Assembly: GCA_964057225.1 (NCBI GenBank)
Contig: OZ059898.1
Coordinates: 2,046,001-2,110,000, forward strand
Direction: 5' to 3'
From: Auanema rhodensis
Lineage: Eukaryota > Animalia > Nematoda
DNA: 64,000 nt
Made by a program: the position numbers and the translations under genes
The notes under the pieces: generated by a model
The model's input: only the letters and a program-made list of their open reading frames with translations
The model's database searches: none
Told to the model about the DNA's origin: nothing
In this document: piece after piece, positions 26,301 through 40,300 of the stretch
How positions within the stretch are numbered: the first letter of the stretch is position 1
Layout of the letters: each line of letters opens with the position of its first letter

Positions 26301-27378
26301 CGTTTCTCAATAAAGTATAGTGGATTCGATGCGGATTTTTGAGCTGCGTCGATCTGTGTTATCAGATTTGCGCTAGCTTAAAAATGCACCGAGATATCAA
26401 CTGATATAAGTTCACACTTATATCCTCGATTTTCACCCTGAAGAATTAATTTTTTCGTTGAATAACATTGTCCATCGTCTTTGCCTTGAAAAAAGGAATC
26501 TAAAAACATCTACTTTTTGCTAAATTATTCTGAAATTTTCTGAAAAAATTTTTGTCAAAATGTTTTTGGAAGCAATGTTGAGTGTACATGGAAACTCAAC
26601 ATACAATAATGCATCATTTTTCAAACGATCATAACTAATTTTTGTATTAAGCGTTTCTCAATAAAGTATAGTGGATTCGATGCGGATTTTTGAGCTGCGT
26701 CGATCTGTGTTATCAGATTTGCGCTAGCTTAAAAATGCACCGAGATATCAACTGATATAAGTTCACACTTATATCCTCGATTTTCACCCTGAATATTTAA
26801 TTTTTTCGTTGAATAACATTGTCCATCGTCTTTGCCTTGAAAAAAGGAATCTAAAAACATCTACTTTTTGCTAAATTATTTTGAAATTTTTTGAAAAAAT
26901 TTTTGTCAAAATGTTTTTGGAAGCAATGTTGAGTGTACATGGAAACTCAACATACACTAATGCATCATTTTTCAAACGATCATAATTAATTTTTGTATTA
27001 AGCGTTTCTCAATGTAGTATAATGCATTCGATGCGGATTTTTAAGCTGCGTCGATCTGTGTTATCAGATTTGCGCTAGCTTAAAAATGCACCGAGATATC
27101 AACTGATATAAGTTCACACTTATATCCTCGATTTTCACCCTGAAGAATTAATTTTTTCGTTGAATAACATTGTCCATCGTCTTTGCCTTGAAAAAAGGAA
27201 TCTAAAAACATCTACTTTTTGCTAAATTATTTTGAAATTTTTCGAAAAAATTTTTGTCAAAATGTTTTTGGAAGCAATGTTGAGTGTACATGGAAACTCA
27301 ACATACACTAATGCATCATTTTTCAAACGATCATAACTAATTTTTGTATTAAGCGTTTCTCAGTGTAGTAGAGCGCAT
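22465..27378. repeat. 7-monomer HOR, 2 imperfect copies, period 2457 bp
   Basis: The order F,G,F,F',G,E in M66-M71 repeats in M73-M78. The E-type end (CAGTGTAGTAGAGCG) is in M71 and M78. Confidence 0.75.
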
Positions 27379-30300
27379 TCGATGCGGATTTTTAAGCTGC
27401 GTCGATCTGTGTTATCAGATTTGCGCTAGCTTAAAAATGCACCGAGATATCAACTGATATAAGTTCACACTTATATCCTCGATTTTCACCCTGAAGAATT
27501 AATTTTTTCGTTGAATAACATTGTCCATCGTCTTTGCCTTGAAAAAAGGAATCTAAAAACATCTACTTTTTGCTAAATTATTTTGAAATTTTTCGAAAAA
27601 ATTTTTGTCAAAATGTTTTTGGAAGCAATGTTGAGTATACATGGAAACTCAACATACACTAATGCATCATTTTTCAAACAATCATAACTAATTTTTGTAT
27701 TGAGCGTTTCTCAATGTAGTATAGTGCATTCGATGCGGATTTTTAAGCTGCGTCGATCTGTGTTATTAGATTTGCGCTAGCTTAAAAATGCACCGAGATA
27801 TCAACTGATATAAGTTCACACTTATATCCTCGATTTTCACCCTGAAGAATTAATTTTTTCGTTGAATAACATTGTCCATCGTCTTTGCCTTGAAAAAAGG
27901 AATCTAGAAACATCTACTTTTTGCTAAATTATTTTGAAATTTTTTGAAAAAATTTTTGTCAAAATGTTTTTGGAAGCAATGTTGAGTGTACATGGAAACT
28001 CAACATACACTAATGCATCATTTTTCAAATGATCATAACTAATTTTTGTATTAAGCGTTTCTCAATGTAGCATAGTGCATTCGATGCGGATTTTTAAGCT
28101 GCGTCGATCTGTGTTATCAGATTTGCGCTAGCTTAAAAATGCACCGAGATATCAACTGATATAAGTTCACACTTATATCCTCGATTTTCACCCTGAAGAA
28201 TTAATTTTTTCGTTGAATAACATTGTCCATCGTCTTTGCCTTGAAAAAAGGAATCTAAAAACATCTACTTTTTGCTAAATTATTTTGAAATTTTTCGAAA
28301 AAATTTTTGTCAAAATGTTTTTGGAAGCAATGTTGAGTATACATGGAAACTCAACATACACTAATGCATCATTTTTCAAACGATCATAACTAATTTTTGT
28401 ATTGAGCGTTTCTCAATGTAGTATAGTGCATTCGATGCGGATTTTTAAGCTGCGTCGATCTGTGTTATTAGATTTGCGCTAGCTTAAAAATGCACCGAGA
28501 TATCAACTGATATAAGTTCACACTTATATCCTCGATTTTCACCCTGAAGAATTAATTTTTTCGTTGAATAACATTGTCCATCGTCTTTGCCTTGAAAAAA
28601 GGAATCTAAAAACATCTACTTTTTGCTAAATTATTTTGAAATTTTTTGAAAAAATTTTTGTCAAAATGTTTTTGGAAGCAATGTTGAGTGTACATGGAAA
28701 CTCAACATACACTAATGCATCATTTTTCAAACGATCATAACTAATTTTTGTATTAAGCGTTTCTCAATGTAGCATAGTGCATTCGATGCGGATTTTTAAG
28801 CTGCGTCGATCTGTGTTATCAGATTTGCGCTAGCTTAAAAATGCACCGAGATATCAACTGATATAAGTTCAAACTTATATCCTCGATTTTCACCCTGAAG
28901 AATTAATTTTTTCGTTGAATAACATTGTCCATCGTCTTTGCCTTGAAAAAAGGAATCTAAAAACATCTACTTTTTGCTAAATTATTTTGAAATTTTTCGA
29001 AAAAATTTTTGTCAAAATGTTTTTGGAAGCAATGTTGAGTATACATGGAAACTCAACATACACTAATGCATCATTTTTCAAACGATCATAACTAATTTTT
29101 GTATTGAGCGTTTCTCAATGTAGTATAGTGCATTCGATGCGGATTTTTAAGCTGCGTCGATCTGTGTTATTAGATTTGCGCTAGCTTAAAAATGCACCGA
29201 GATATCAACTGATATAAGTTCACACTTATATCCTCGATTTTCACCCTGAAGAATTAATTTTTTCGTTGAATAACATTGTCCATCGTCTTTGCCTTGAAAA
29301 AAGGAATCTAAAAACATCTACTTTTTGCTAAATTATTTTGAAATTTTTGAAAAAATTTTTGTCAAAATGTTTTTGGAAGCAATGTTGAGTGTACATGGAA
29401 ACTCAACATACACTAATGCATCATTTTTCAAAAGATCATAACTAATTTTTGTATTAAGCGTTTCTCAATGTAGCATAGTGCATTCGATGCGGATTTTTAA
29501 GCTGCGTCGATCTGTGTTATCAGATTTGCGCTAGCTTAAAAATGCACCGAGATATCAACTGATATAAGTTCACACTTATATCCTCGATTTTCACCCTGAA
29601 GAATTAATTTTTTCGTTGAATAACATTGTCCATCGTCTTTGCCTTGAAAATAGGAATCTAAAAACATCTACTTTTTGCTAAATTATTTTGAAATTTTTCG
29701 AAAAAATTTTTGTCAAAATGTTTTTGGAAGCAATGTTGAGTGTACATGGAAACTCAACATACACTAATGCATCATTTTTCAAACGATCATAACTAATTTT
29801 TGTATTAAGCGTTTCTCAATGTCGTATAGTGCATTCGATGCGGATTTTTAAGCTGCGTCGATCTGTGTTATCAGATTTGCGCTAGCTTAAAAATGCACCG
29901 AGATATCAACTGATATAAGTTCACACTTATATCCTCGATTTTCACCCTGAAGAATTAATTTTTTCGTTGAATAACATTGTCCATCGTCTTTGCCTTGAAC
30001 AAAGGAATCTAAAAACATCTACTTTTTGCTAAATTATTTTGAAATTTTTCGAAAAAATTTTTGTCAAAATGTTTTTGGAAGCAATGTTGAGTGTACATGG
30101 AAACTCAACATACACTAATGCATCATTTTTCAAACGATCATAACTAATTTTTGTATTACGCGTTTCTCTATGTAGTATAGTGCATTCGATGCGGATTTTT
30201 AAGCTGCGTCGTTCTGTGTTATCAGATTTGCGCTAGCTTAAAAATGCACCGAGATATCAACTGATATAAGTTCACACTTATATCCTCGATTTTCACCCTG

Positions 30301-32060
30301 AAGAATTAATTTTTTCGTTGAATAACATTGTCCATCGTCTTTGCCTTGAAAAAAGGAATCTAAAAACATCTACTTTTTGCTAAATTATTTTGAAATTTTT
30401 TGAAAAAATTTTTGTCAAAATGTTTTTGGAAGCAATGTTGAGTGTACATGGAAACTCAACATACACTAATGCATCATTTTTCAAACGATCATAATTAATT
30501 TTTGTATTAAGCGTTTCTCAATGTAGTATAATGCATTCGATGCGGATTTTTAAGCTGCGTCGATCTGTGTTATCAGATTTGCGCTAGCTTAAAAATGCAC
30601 CGAGATATCAACTGATATAAGTTCACACTTATATCCTCGATTTTCACCCTGAAGAATTAATTTTTTCGTTGAATAACATTGTCCATCGTCTTTGCCTTGA
30701 AATAAGAAATCTAAAAACATTTACTTTTTGCTAAATTATTTTGAAATTTTTCGAAAAAATTTTTGTCAAAATGTTTTTGGAAGCAATGTTGAGTGTACAT
30801 GGAAACTCAACATACACTAATGCATCATTTTTCAAACGATCATAACTAATTTTTGTATTGAGCGTTTCTCAATGTAGTATAGTGCATTCGATGCGGATTT
30901 TTAAGCTGCGTCGATCTGTGTTATCAGATTTGCGCTAGCTTAAAAATGCACCGAGATATCAACTGATATAAGTTCACACTTATATCCTCGATTTTGACCC
31001 TGAAGAATTAATTTTTTCGTTGAATAACATTGTCCATCGTCTTTGCCTTGAAAAAAGGAATCTAAAAACATCTACTTTTTGCTAAATTATTTTGAAATTT
31101 TTCGAAAAAATTTTTGTCAAAATGTTTTTGGAAGCAATGTTGAGTGTACATGGAAACTCAACATACACTAATGCATCATTTTTCAAACGATCATAACTAA
31201 TTTTTGTATTAAGCGTTTCTCAATGTCGTATAGTGCATTCGATGCGGATTTTTAAGCTGCGTCGATCTGTGTTATCAGATTTGCGCTAGCTTAAAAATGC
31301 ACCGAGATATCAACTGATATAAGTTCACACTTATATCCTCGATTTTCACCCTGAAGAATTAATTTTTTCGTTGAATAACATTGTCCATCGTCTTTGCCTT
31401 GAAAAAAGAAATCTAAAAACATCTACTTTCTGCTAAATTATTTTGAAATTTTTCGAAAAAATTTTTGTCAAAATGTTTTTGGAAGCAATGTTGAGTGTAC
31501 ATGGAAACTCAACATACACTAATGCATCATTTTTCAAACGATCATAACTAATTTTTGTATTAAGCGTTTCTCAATGTCGTATAGTGCATTCGATGCGGAT
31601 TTTTAAGCTGCGTCGATCTGTGTTATCAGATTTGCGCTAGCTTAAAAATGCACCGAGATATCAACTGATATAAGTTCACACTTATATCCTCGATTTTCAC
31701 CCTGAAGAATTAATTTTTTCGTTGAATAACATTGTCCATCGTCTTTGCCTTGAAAAAAGGAATCTAAAAACATCTACTTTTTGCTAAATTATTCTGAAAT
31801 TTTCTGAAAAAATTTTTGTCAAAATGTTTTTGGAAGCAATGTTGAGTGTACATGGAAACTCAACATACAATAATGCATCATTTTTCAAACGATCATAACT
31901 AATTTTTGTATTAAGCGTTTCTCAATAAAGTATAGTGGATTCGATGCGGATTTTTGAGCTGCGTCGATCTGTGTTATCAGATTTGCGCTAGCTTAAAAAT
32001 GCACCGAGATTTCAACTGATATAAGTTCACACTTATATCCTCGATTTTCACCCTGAATAT
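27028..32060. repeat. Second copy of block 15096-20128 (about 14.3 monomers), offset 11,932 bp
   Basis: Private SNP pairs 15975/27907, 16098/28030 and 16940/28872 are all exactly 11,932 apart, and the deletion monomer is shared (M50/M84). Confidence 0.92.
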
Positions 32061-35000
32061 TTAATTTTTTCGTTGAATAACATTGTCCATCGTCTTTGCC
32101 TTGAAAATAGGAATCTAAAAACATCTACTTTTTGCTAAATTATTTTGAAATTTTTTGAAAAAATTTTTGTCAAAATGTTTTTGGAAGCAATGTTGAGTGT
32201 ACATGGAAACTCAACATACACTAATGCATCATTTTTCAAACGATCATAATTAATTTTTGTATTAAGCGTTTCTCAATGTAGTATAATGCATTCGATGCGG
32301 ATTTTTAAGCTGCGTCGATCTGTGTTATCAGATTTGCGCTAGCTTAAAAATGCACCGAGATATCAACTGATATAAGTTCACACTTATATCCTCGATTTTC
32401 ACCCTGAAGAATTAATTTTTTCGTTGAATAACATTGTCCATCGTCTTTGCCTTGAAAAAAGAAATCTAAAAACATTTACTTTTTGCTAAATTATTTTGAA
32501 ATTTTTCGAAAAAATTTTTGTCAAAATGTTTTTGGAAGCAATGTTGAGTGTACATGGAAACTCAACATACACTAATGCATCATTTTTCAAACGATCATAA
32601 CTAATTTTTGTATTGAGCGTTTCTCAATGTAGTATAGTGCATTCGATGCGGATTTTTAAGCTGCGTCGATCTGTGTTATCAGATTTGCGCTAGCTTAAAA
32701 ATGCACCGAGATACCAACTGATATAAGTTCACACTTATATCCTCGATTTTGACCCTGAAGAATTAATTTTTTCGTTGAATAACATTGTCCATCGTCTTTG
32801 CCTTGAAAAAAGGAATCTAAAAACATCTACTTTTTGCTAAATTATTTTGAAATTTTTCGAAAAAATTTTTGTCAAAATGTTTTTGGAAGCAATGTTGAGT
32901 GTACATGGAAACTCAACATACACTAATGCATCATTTTTCAAACGATCATAACTAATTTTTGTATTAAGCGTTTCTCAATGTCGTATAGTGCATTCGATGC
33001 GGATTTTTAAGCTGCGTCGATCTGTGTTATCAGATTTGCGCTAGCTTAAAAATGCACCGAGATATCAACTGATATAAGTTCACACTTATATCCTCGATTT
33101 TCACCCTGAAGAATTAATTTTTTCGTTGAATAACATTGTCCATCGTCTTTGCCTTGAAAAAAGAAATCTAAAAACATCTACTTTCTGCTAAATTATTTTG
33201 AAATTTTTCGAAAAAATTTTTGTCAAAATGTTTTTGGAAGCAATGTTGAGTGTACATGGAAACTCAACATACACTAATGCATCATTTTTCAAACGATCAT
33301 AACTAATTTTTGTATTAAGCGTTTCTCAATGTCGTATAGTGCATTCGATGCGGATTTTTAAGCTGCGTCGATCTGTGTTATCAGATTTGCGCTAGCTTAA
33401 AAATGCACCGAGATATCAACTGATATAAGTTCACACTTATATCCTCGATTTTCACCCTGAAGAATTAATTTTTTCGTTGAATAACATTGTCCATCGTCTT
33501 TGCCTTGAAAAAAGAAATCTAAAAACATCTACTTTCTGCTAAATTATTTTGAAATTTTTCGAAAAAATTTTTGTCAAAATGTTTTTGGAAGCAATGTTGA
33601 GTGTACATGGAAACTCAACATACACTAATGCATCATTTTTCAAACGATCATAACTAATTTTTGTATTGAGCGTTTCTTAATGTAGTATAGTGCATTCGAT
33701 GCGGATTTTTAAGCTGCGTCGATCTGTGTTATCAGATTTGCGCTAGCTTAAAAATGCACCGAGATATCAACTGATATAAGTTCACACTTATATCCTCGAT
33801 TTTCACCCTGAATATTTAATTTTTTCGTTGAATAACATTGTCCATCGTCTTTGCCTTGAAAAAAGGAATCTAAAAACATCTACTTTTTGCTAAATTATTT
33901 TGAAATTTTTTGAAAAAATTTTTGTCAAAATGTTTTTGGAAGCAATGTTGAGTGTACATGGAAACTCAACATACACTAATGCATCATTTTTCAAACGATC
34001 ATAATTAATTTTTGTATTAAGCGTTTCTCAATGTAGTATAATGCATTCGATGCGGATTTTTAAGCTGCGTCGATCTGTGTTATCAGATTTGCGCTAGCTT
34101 AAAAATGCACCGAGATATCAACTGATATAAGTTCACACTTATATCCTCGATTTTCACCCTGAAGAATTAATTTTTTCGTTGAATAACATTGTCCATCGTC
34201 TTTGCCTTGAAAAAAGAAATCTAAAAACATTTACTTTTTGCTAAATTATTTTGAAATTTTTCGAAAAAATTTTTGTCAAAATGTTTTTGGAAGCAATGTT
34301 GAGTGTACATGGAAACTCAACATACACTAATGCATCATTTTTCAAACGATCATAACTAATTTTTGTATTGAGCGTTTCTCAATGTAGTATAGTGCATTCG
34401 ATGCGGATTTTTAAGCTGCGTCGATCTGTGTTATCAGATTTGCGCTAGCTTAAAAATGCACCGAGATATCAACTGATATAAGTTCACACTTATATCCTCG
34501 ATTTTGACCCTGAAGAATTAATTTTTTCGTTGAATAACATTGTCCATCGTCTTTGCCTTGAAAAAAGGAATCTAAAAACATCTACTTTTTGCTAAATTAT
34601 TTTGAAATTTTTCGAAAAAATTTTTGTCAAAATGTTTTTGGAAGCAATGTTGAGTGTACATGGAAACTCAACATACACTAATGCATCATTTTTCAAACGA
34701 TCATAACTAATTTTTGTATTAAGCGTTTCTCAATGTCGTATAGTGCATTCGATGCGGATTTTTAAGCTGCGTCGATCTGTGTTATCAGATTTGCGCTAGC
34801 TTAAAAATGCACCGAGATATCAACTGATATAAGTTCACACTTATATCCTCGATTTTCACCCTGAAGAATTAATTTTTTCGTTGAATAACATTGTCCATCG
34901 TCTTTGCCTTGAAAAAAGAAATCTAAAAACATCTACTTTCTGCTAAATTATTTTGAAATTTTTCGAAAAAATTTTTGTCAAAATGTTTTTGGAAGCAATG

Positions 35001-37373
35001 TTGAGTGTACATGGAAACTCAACATACACTAATGCATCATTTTTCAAACGATCATAACTAATTTTTGTATTAAGCGTTTCTCAATGTCGTATAGTGCATT
35101 CGATGCGGATTTTTAAGCTGCGTCGATCTGTGTTATCAGATTTGCGCTAGCTTAAAAATGCACCGAGATATCAACTGATATAAGTTCACACTTATATCCT
35201 CGATTTTCACCCTGAAGAATTAATTTTTTCGTTGAATAACATTGTCCATCGTCTTTGCCTTGAAAAAAGAAATCTAAAAACATCTACTTTCTGCTAAATT
35301 ATTTTGAAATTTTTCGAAAAAATTTTTGTCAAAATGTTTTTGGAAGCAATGTTGAGTGTACATGGAAACTCAACATACACTAATGCATCATTTTTCAAAC
35401 GATCATAACTAATTTTTGTATTAAGCGTTTCTCAATGTCGTATAGTGCATTCGATGCGGATTTTTAAGCTGCGTCGATCTGTGTTATCAGATTTGCGCTA
35501 GCTTAAAAATGCACCGAGATATCAACTGATATAAGTTCACACTTATATCCTCGATTTTCACCCTGAATATTTAATTTTTTCGTTGAATAACATTGTCCAT
35601 CGTCTTTGCCTTGAAAAAAGGAATCTAAAAACATCTACTTTTTGCTAAATTATTTTGAAATTTTTTGAAAAAATTTTTGTCAAAATGTTTTTGGAAGCAA
35701 TGTTGAGTGTACATGGAAACTCAACATACACTAATGCATCATTTTTCAAACGATCATAATTAATTTTTGTATTAAGCGTTTCTCAATGTAGTATAATGCA
35801 TTCGATGCGGATTTTTAAGCTGCGTCGATCTGTGTTATCAGATTTGCGCTAGCTTAAAAATGCACCGAGATATCAACTGATATAAGTTCACACTTATATC
35901 CTCGATTTTCACCCTGAAGAATTAATTTTTTCGTTGAATAACATTGTCCATCGTCTTTGCCTTGAAAAAAGAAATCTAAAAACATTTACTTTTTGCTAAA
36001 TTATTTTGAAATTTTTCGAAAAAATTTTTGTCAAAATGTTTTTGGAAGCAATGTTGAGTGTACATGGAAACTCAACATACACTAATGCATCATTTTTCAA
36101 ACGATCATAACTAATTTTTGTATTGAGCGTTTCTCAATGTAGTATAGTGCATTCGATGCGGATTTTTAAGCTGCGTCGATCTGTGTTATCAGATTTGCGC
36201 TAGCTTAAAAATGCACCGAGATATCAACTGATATAAGTTCACACTTATATCCTCGATTTTGACCCTGAAGAATTAATTTTTTCGTTGAATAACATTGTCC
36301 ATCGTCTTTGCCTTGAAAAAAGGAATCTAAAAACATCTACTTTTTGCTAAATTATTTTGAAATTTTTCGAAAAAATTTTTGTCAAAATGTTTTTGGAAGC
36401 AATGTTGAGTGTACATGGAAACTCAACATACACTAATGCATCATTTTTCAAACGATCATAACTAATTTTTGTATTAAGCGTTTCTCAATGTCGTATAGTG
36501 CATTCGATGCGGATTTTTAAGCTGCGTCGATCTGTGTTATCAGATTTGCGCTAGCTTAAAAATGCACCGAGATATCAACTGATATAAGTTCACACTTATA
36601 TCCTCGATTTTCACCCTGAAGAATTAATTTTTTCGTTGAATAACATTGTCCATCGTCTTTGCCTTGAAAAAAGAAATCTAAAAACATCTACTTTCTGCTA
36701 AATTATTTTGAAATTTTTCGAAAAAATTTTTGTCAAAATGTTTTTGGAAGCAATGTTGAGTGTACATGGAAACTCAACATACACTAATGCATCATTTTTC
36801 AAACGATCATAACTAATTTTTGTATTAAGCGTTTCTCAATGTCGTATAGTGCATTCGATGCGGATTTTTAAGCTGCGTCGATCTGTGTTATCAGATTTGC
36901 GCTAGCTTAAAAATGCACCGAGATATCAACTGATATAAGTTCACACTTATATCCTCGATTTTCACCCTGAAGAATTAATTTTTTCGTTGAATAACATTGT
37001 CCATCGTCTTTGCCTTGAAAAAAGGAATCTAAAAACATCTACTTTTTGCTAAATTATTCTGAAATTTTCTGAAAAAATTTTTGTCAAAATGTTTTTGGAA
37101 GCAATGTTGAGTGTACATGGAAACTCAACATACAATAATGCATCATTTTTCAAACGATCATAACTAATTTTTGTATTAAGCGTTTCTCAATAAAGTATAG
37201 TGGATTCGATGCGGATTTTTGAGCTGCGTCGATCTGTGTTATCAGATTTGCGCTAGCTTAAAAATGCACCGAGATATCAACTGATATAAGTTCACACTTA
37301 TATCCTCGATTTTCACCCTGAATATTTAATTTTTTCGTTGAATAACATTGTCCATCGTCTTTGCCTTGAAAAA
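30537..37373. repeat. 5-monomer HOR, about 4 copies, period 1755 bp
   Basis: 185T at 30721, 32476, 34231, 35986 and 109G at 30996, 32751, 34506, 36261. Confidence 0.9.
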
Positions 37374-40300
37374 TGGAATCTAAAAACATCTACTTTTTGC
37401 TAAATTATTTTGAAATTTTTCGAAAAAATTTTTGTCAAAATGTTTTTGGAAGTAATGTTGAGTGTACATGGAAACTCAACATACACTAATGCATCATTTT
37501 TCAAACGATCATAACTAATTTTTGTATTAAGCGTTTCTCAATGTAGTATAGTGCATTCGATGCGGATTTTTAAGCTGCGTCGATCTGTGTTATCAGATTT
37601 GCGCTAGCTTAAAAATGCACCGAGATATCAACTGATATAAGTTCACACTTATATCCTCGATTTTCACCCTGAAGAATTAATTTTTTCGTTGAATAACATT
37701 GTCCATCGTCTTTGCCTTGAAAAAAGAAATCTAAAAACATCTACTTTTTGCTAAATTATTTTGAAATTTTCTGAAAAAATTTTTGTCAAAATGTTTTTGG
37801 AAGCAATGTTGAGTGTACATGGAAACTCAACATACACTAATGCATCATTTTTCAAACGATCATAACTAATTTTTGTATTAAGCGTTTCTCAATGTAGTAT
37901 AGTGCATTCGATGCGGATTTTTAAGCTGCGTCGATCTGTGTTATCAGATTTGCGCTAGCTTAAAAATGCACCGAGATATCAACTGATATAAGTTCACACT
38001 TATATCCTCGATTTTCACCCTGAAGATTTAATTTTTTCGTTGAATAACATTGTCCATCGTCTTTGCCTTGAAAAATGGAATCTAAAAACATCTACTTTTT
38101 GCTAAATTATTTTGAAATTTTTCGAAAAAATTTTTGTCAAAATGTTTTTGGAAGCAATGTTGAGTGTACATGGAAACTCAACATACACTAATGCATCATT
38201 TTTCAAACGATCATAACTAATTATTGTATTAAGCGTTTCTCAATGTAGTATAGTGCATTCGATGCGGATTTTTAAGCTGCGTCGATCTGTGTTATCAGAT
38301 TTGCGCTAGCTTAAAAATGCACCGAGATATCAACTGATATAAGTTCACACTTATATCCTCGATTTTCACCCTGAAGAATTAATTTTTTTGTTGAATAACA
38401 CTGTCCATCGTCTTTGCCTTGAAAAAAGGAATCTAAAAACATCTACTTTTTGCTAAATTATTTTGAAATTTTTCGAAAAAATTTTTGTCAAAATGTTTTT
38501 GGAAGCAATGTTGAGTGTACATGGAAACTCAACATACACTAATGCATCATTTTTCAAACGATCATAACTAATTTTTGTATTAAGCGTTTCTCAATGTAGT
38601 ATAGTGCATTCGATGCGGATTTTTAAGCTGCGTCGATCTGTGTTATCAGATTTGCGCTAGCTTAAAAATGCACCGTGAAATCAACTGATATAAGTTCACA
38701 CTTATATCCTCGATTTTCACCCTGAAGAATTAATTTTTTCGTTGAATAACATTGTCCATCGTCTTTGCCTTGAAAAAAGGAATCTAAAAACATCTACTTT
38801 TTGCTAAATTATTTTGAAATTTTTCGAAAAAATTTTTGTCAAAATGTTTTTGGAAGCAATGTTGAGTGTACATGGAAACTCAACATACACTAATGCATCA
38901 TTTTTCAAACGATCATAACTAATTTTTGTATTAAGCGTTTCTCAATGTAGTATAGTGCATTCGATGCGGATTTTTAAGCTGCGTCGATCTGTGTTATCAG
39001 ATTTGCGCTAGCTTAAAAATGCACCGAGATATCAACTGATATAAGTTCACACTTATATCCTCGATTTTCACCCTGAAGATTTAATTTTTTCGTTGAATAA
39101 CATTGTCCATCGTCTTTGCCTTGAAAAATGGAATCTAAAAACATCTACTTTTTGCTAAATTATTTTGAAATTTTTCGAAAAAATTTTTGTCAAAATGTTT
39201 TTGGAAGCAATGTTGAGTGTACATGGAAACTCAACATACACTAATGCATCATTTTTCAAACGATCATAACTAATTTTTGTATTAAGCGTTTCTCAATGTA
39301 GTATAGTGCATTCGATGCGGATTTTTAAGCTGCGTCGATCTGTGTTATCAGATTTGCGCTAGCTTAAAAATGCACCGTGAAATCAACTGATATAAGTTCA
39401 CACTTATATCCTCGATTTTCACCCTGAAGATTTAATTTTTTCGTTGAATAACATTGTCCATCGTCTTTGCCTTGAAAAATGGAATCTAAAAACATCTACT
39501 TTTTGCTAAATTATTTTGAAATTTTTCGAAAAAATTTTTGTCAAAATGTTTTTGGAAGCAATGTTGAGTGTACATGGAAACTCAACATACACTAATGCAT
39601 CATTTTTCAAACGATCATAACTAATTTTTGTATTAAGCGTTTTTCAATGTAGTATAGTGCATTCGATGCGGATTTTTAAGCTGCGTCGATCTGTGTTATC
39701 AGATTTGCGCTAGCTTAAAAATGCACCGAGATATCAACTGATATAAGTTCACACTTATATCCTCGATTTTCACCCTGAAGAATTAATTTTTTTGTTGAAT
39801 AACATTGTCCATCGTCTTTGCCTTGAAAAAAGGAATCTAAAAACATCTACTTTTTGCTAAAGTATTTTGAAATTTTTCGAAAAAATTTTTGTCAAAATGT
39901 TTTTGGAAGCAATGTTGAGTGTACATGGAAACTCAACATACACTAATGCATCATTTTTCAAACGATCATAACTAATTTTTGTATTAAGCGTTTCTCAATG
40001 TAGTATAGTGCATTCGATGCGGATTTTTAAGCTGCGTCGATCTGTGTTATCAGATTTGCGCTAGCTTAAAAATGCACCGTGAAATCAACTGATATAAGTT
40101 CACACTTATATCCTCGATTTTCACCCTGAAGAATTAATTTTTTCGTTGAATAACATTGTCCATCGTCTTTGCCTTGAAAAAAGGAATCTAAAAACATCTA
40201 CTTTTTGCTAAATTATTTTGAAATTTTTCGAAAAAATTTTTGTCAAAATGTTTTTGGAAGCAATGTTGAGTGTACATGGAAACTCAACATACACTAATGC

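Larger units (their letters stand above)
15447..37373. repeat. Variant domain 2 (M45-M107): nested HORs containing the divergent F haplotype
   Basis: Domain-restricted variants include 185T (CATTTAC), 310T+346A, 118T and 338-339AA+349G. Confidence 0.85.
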
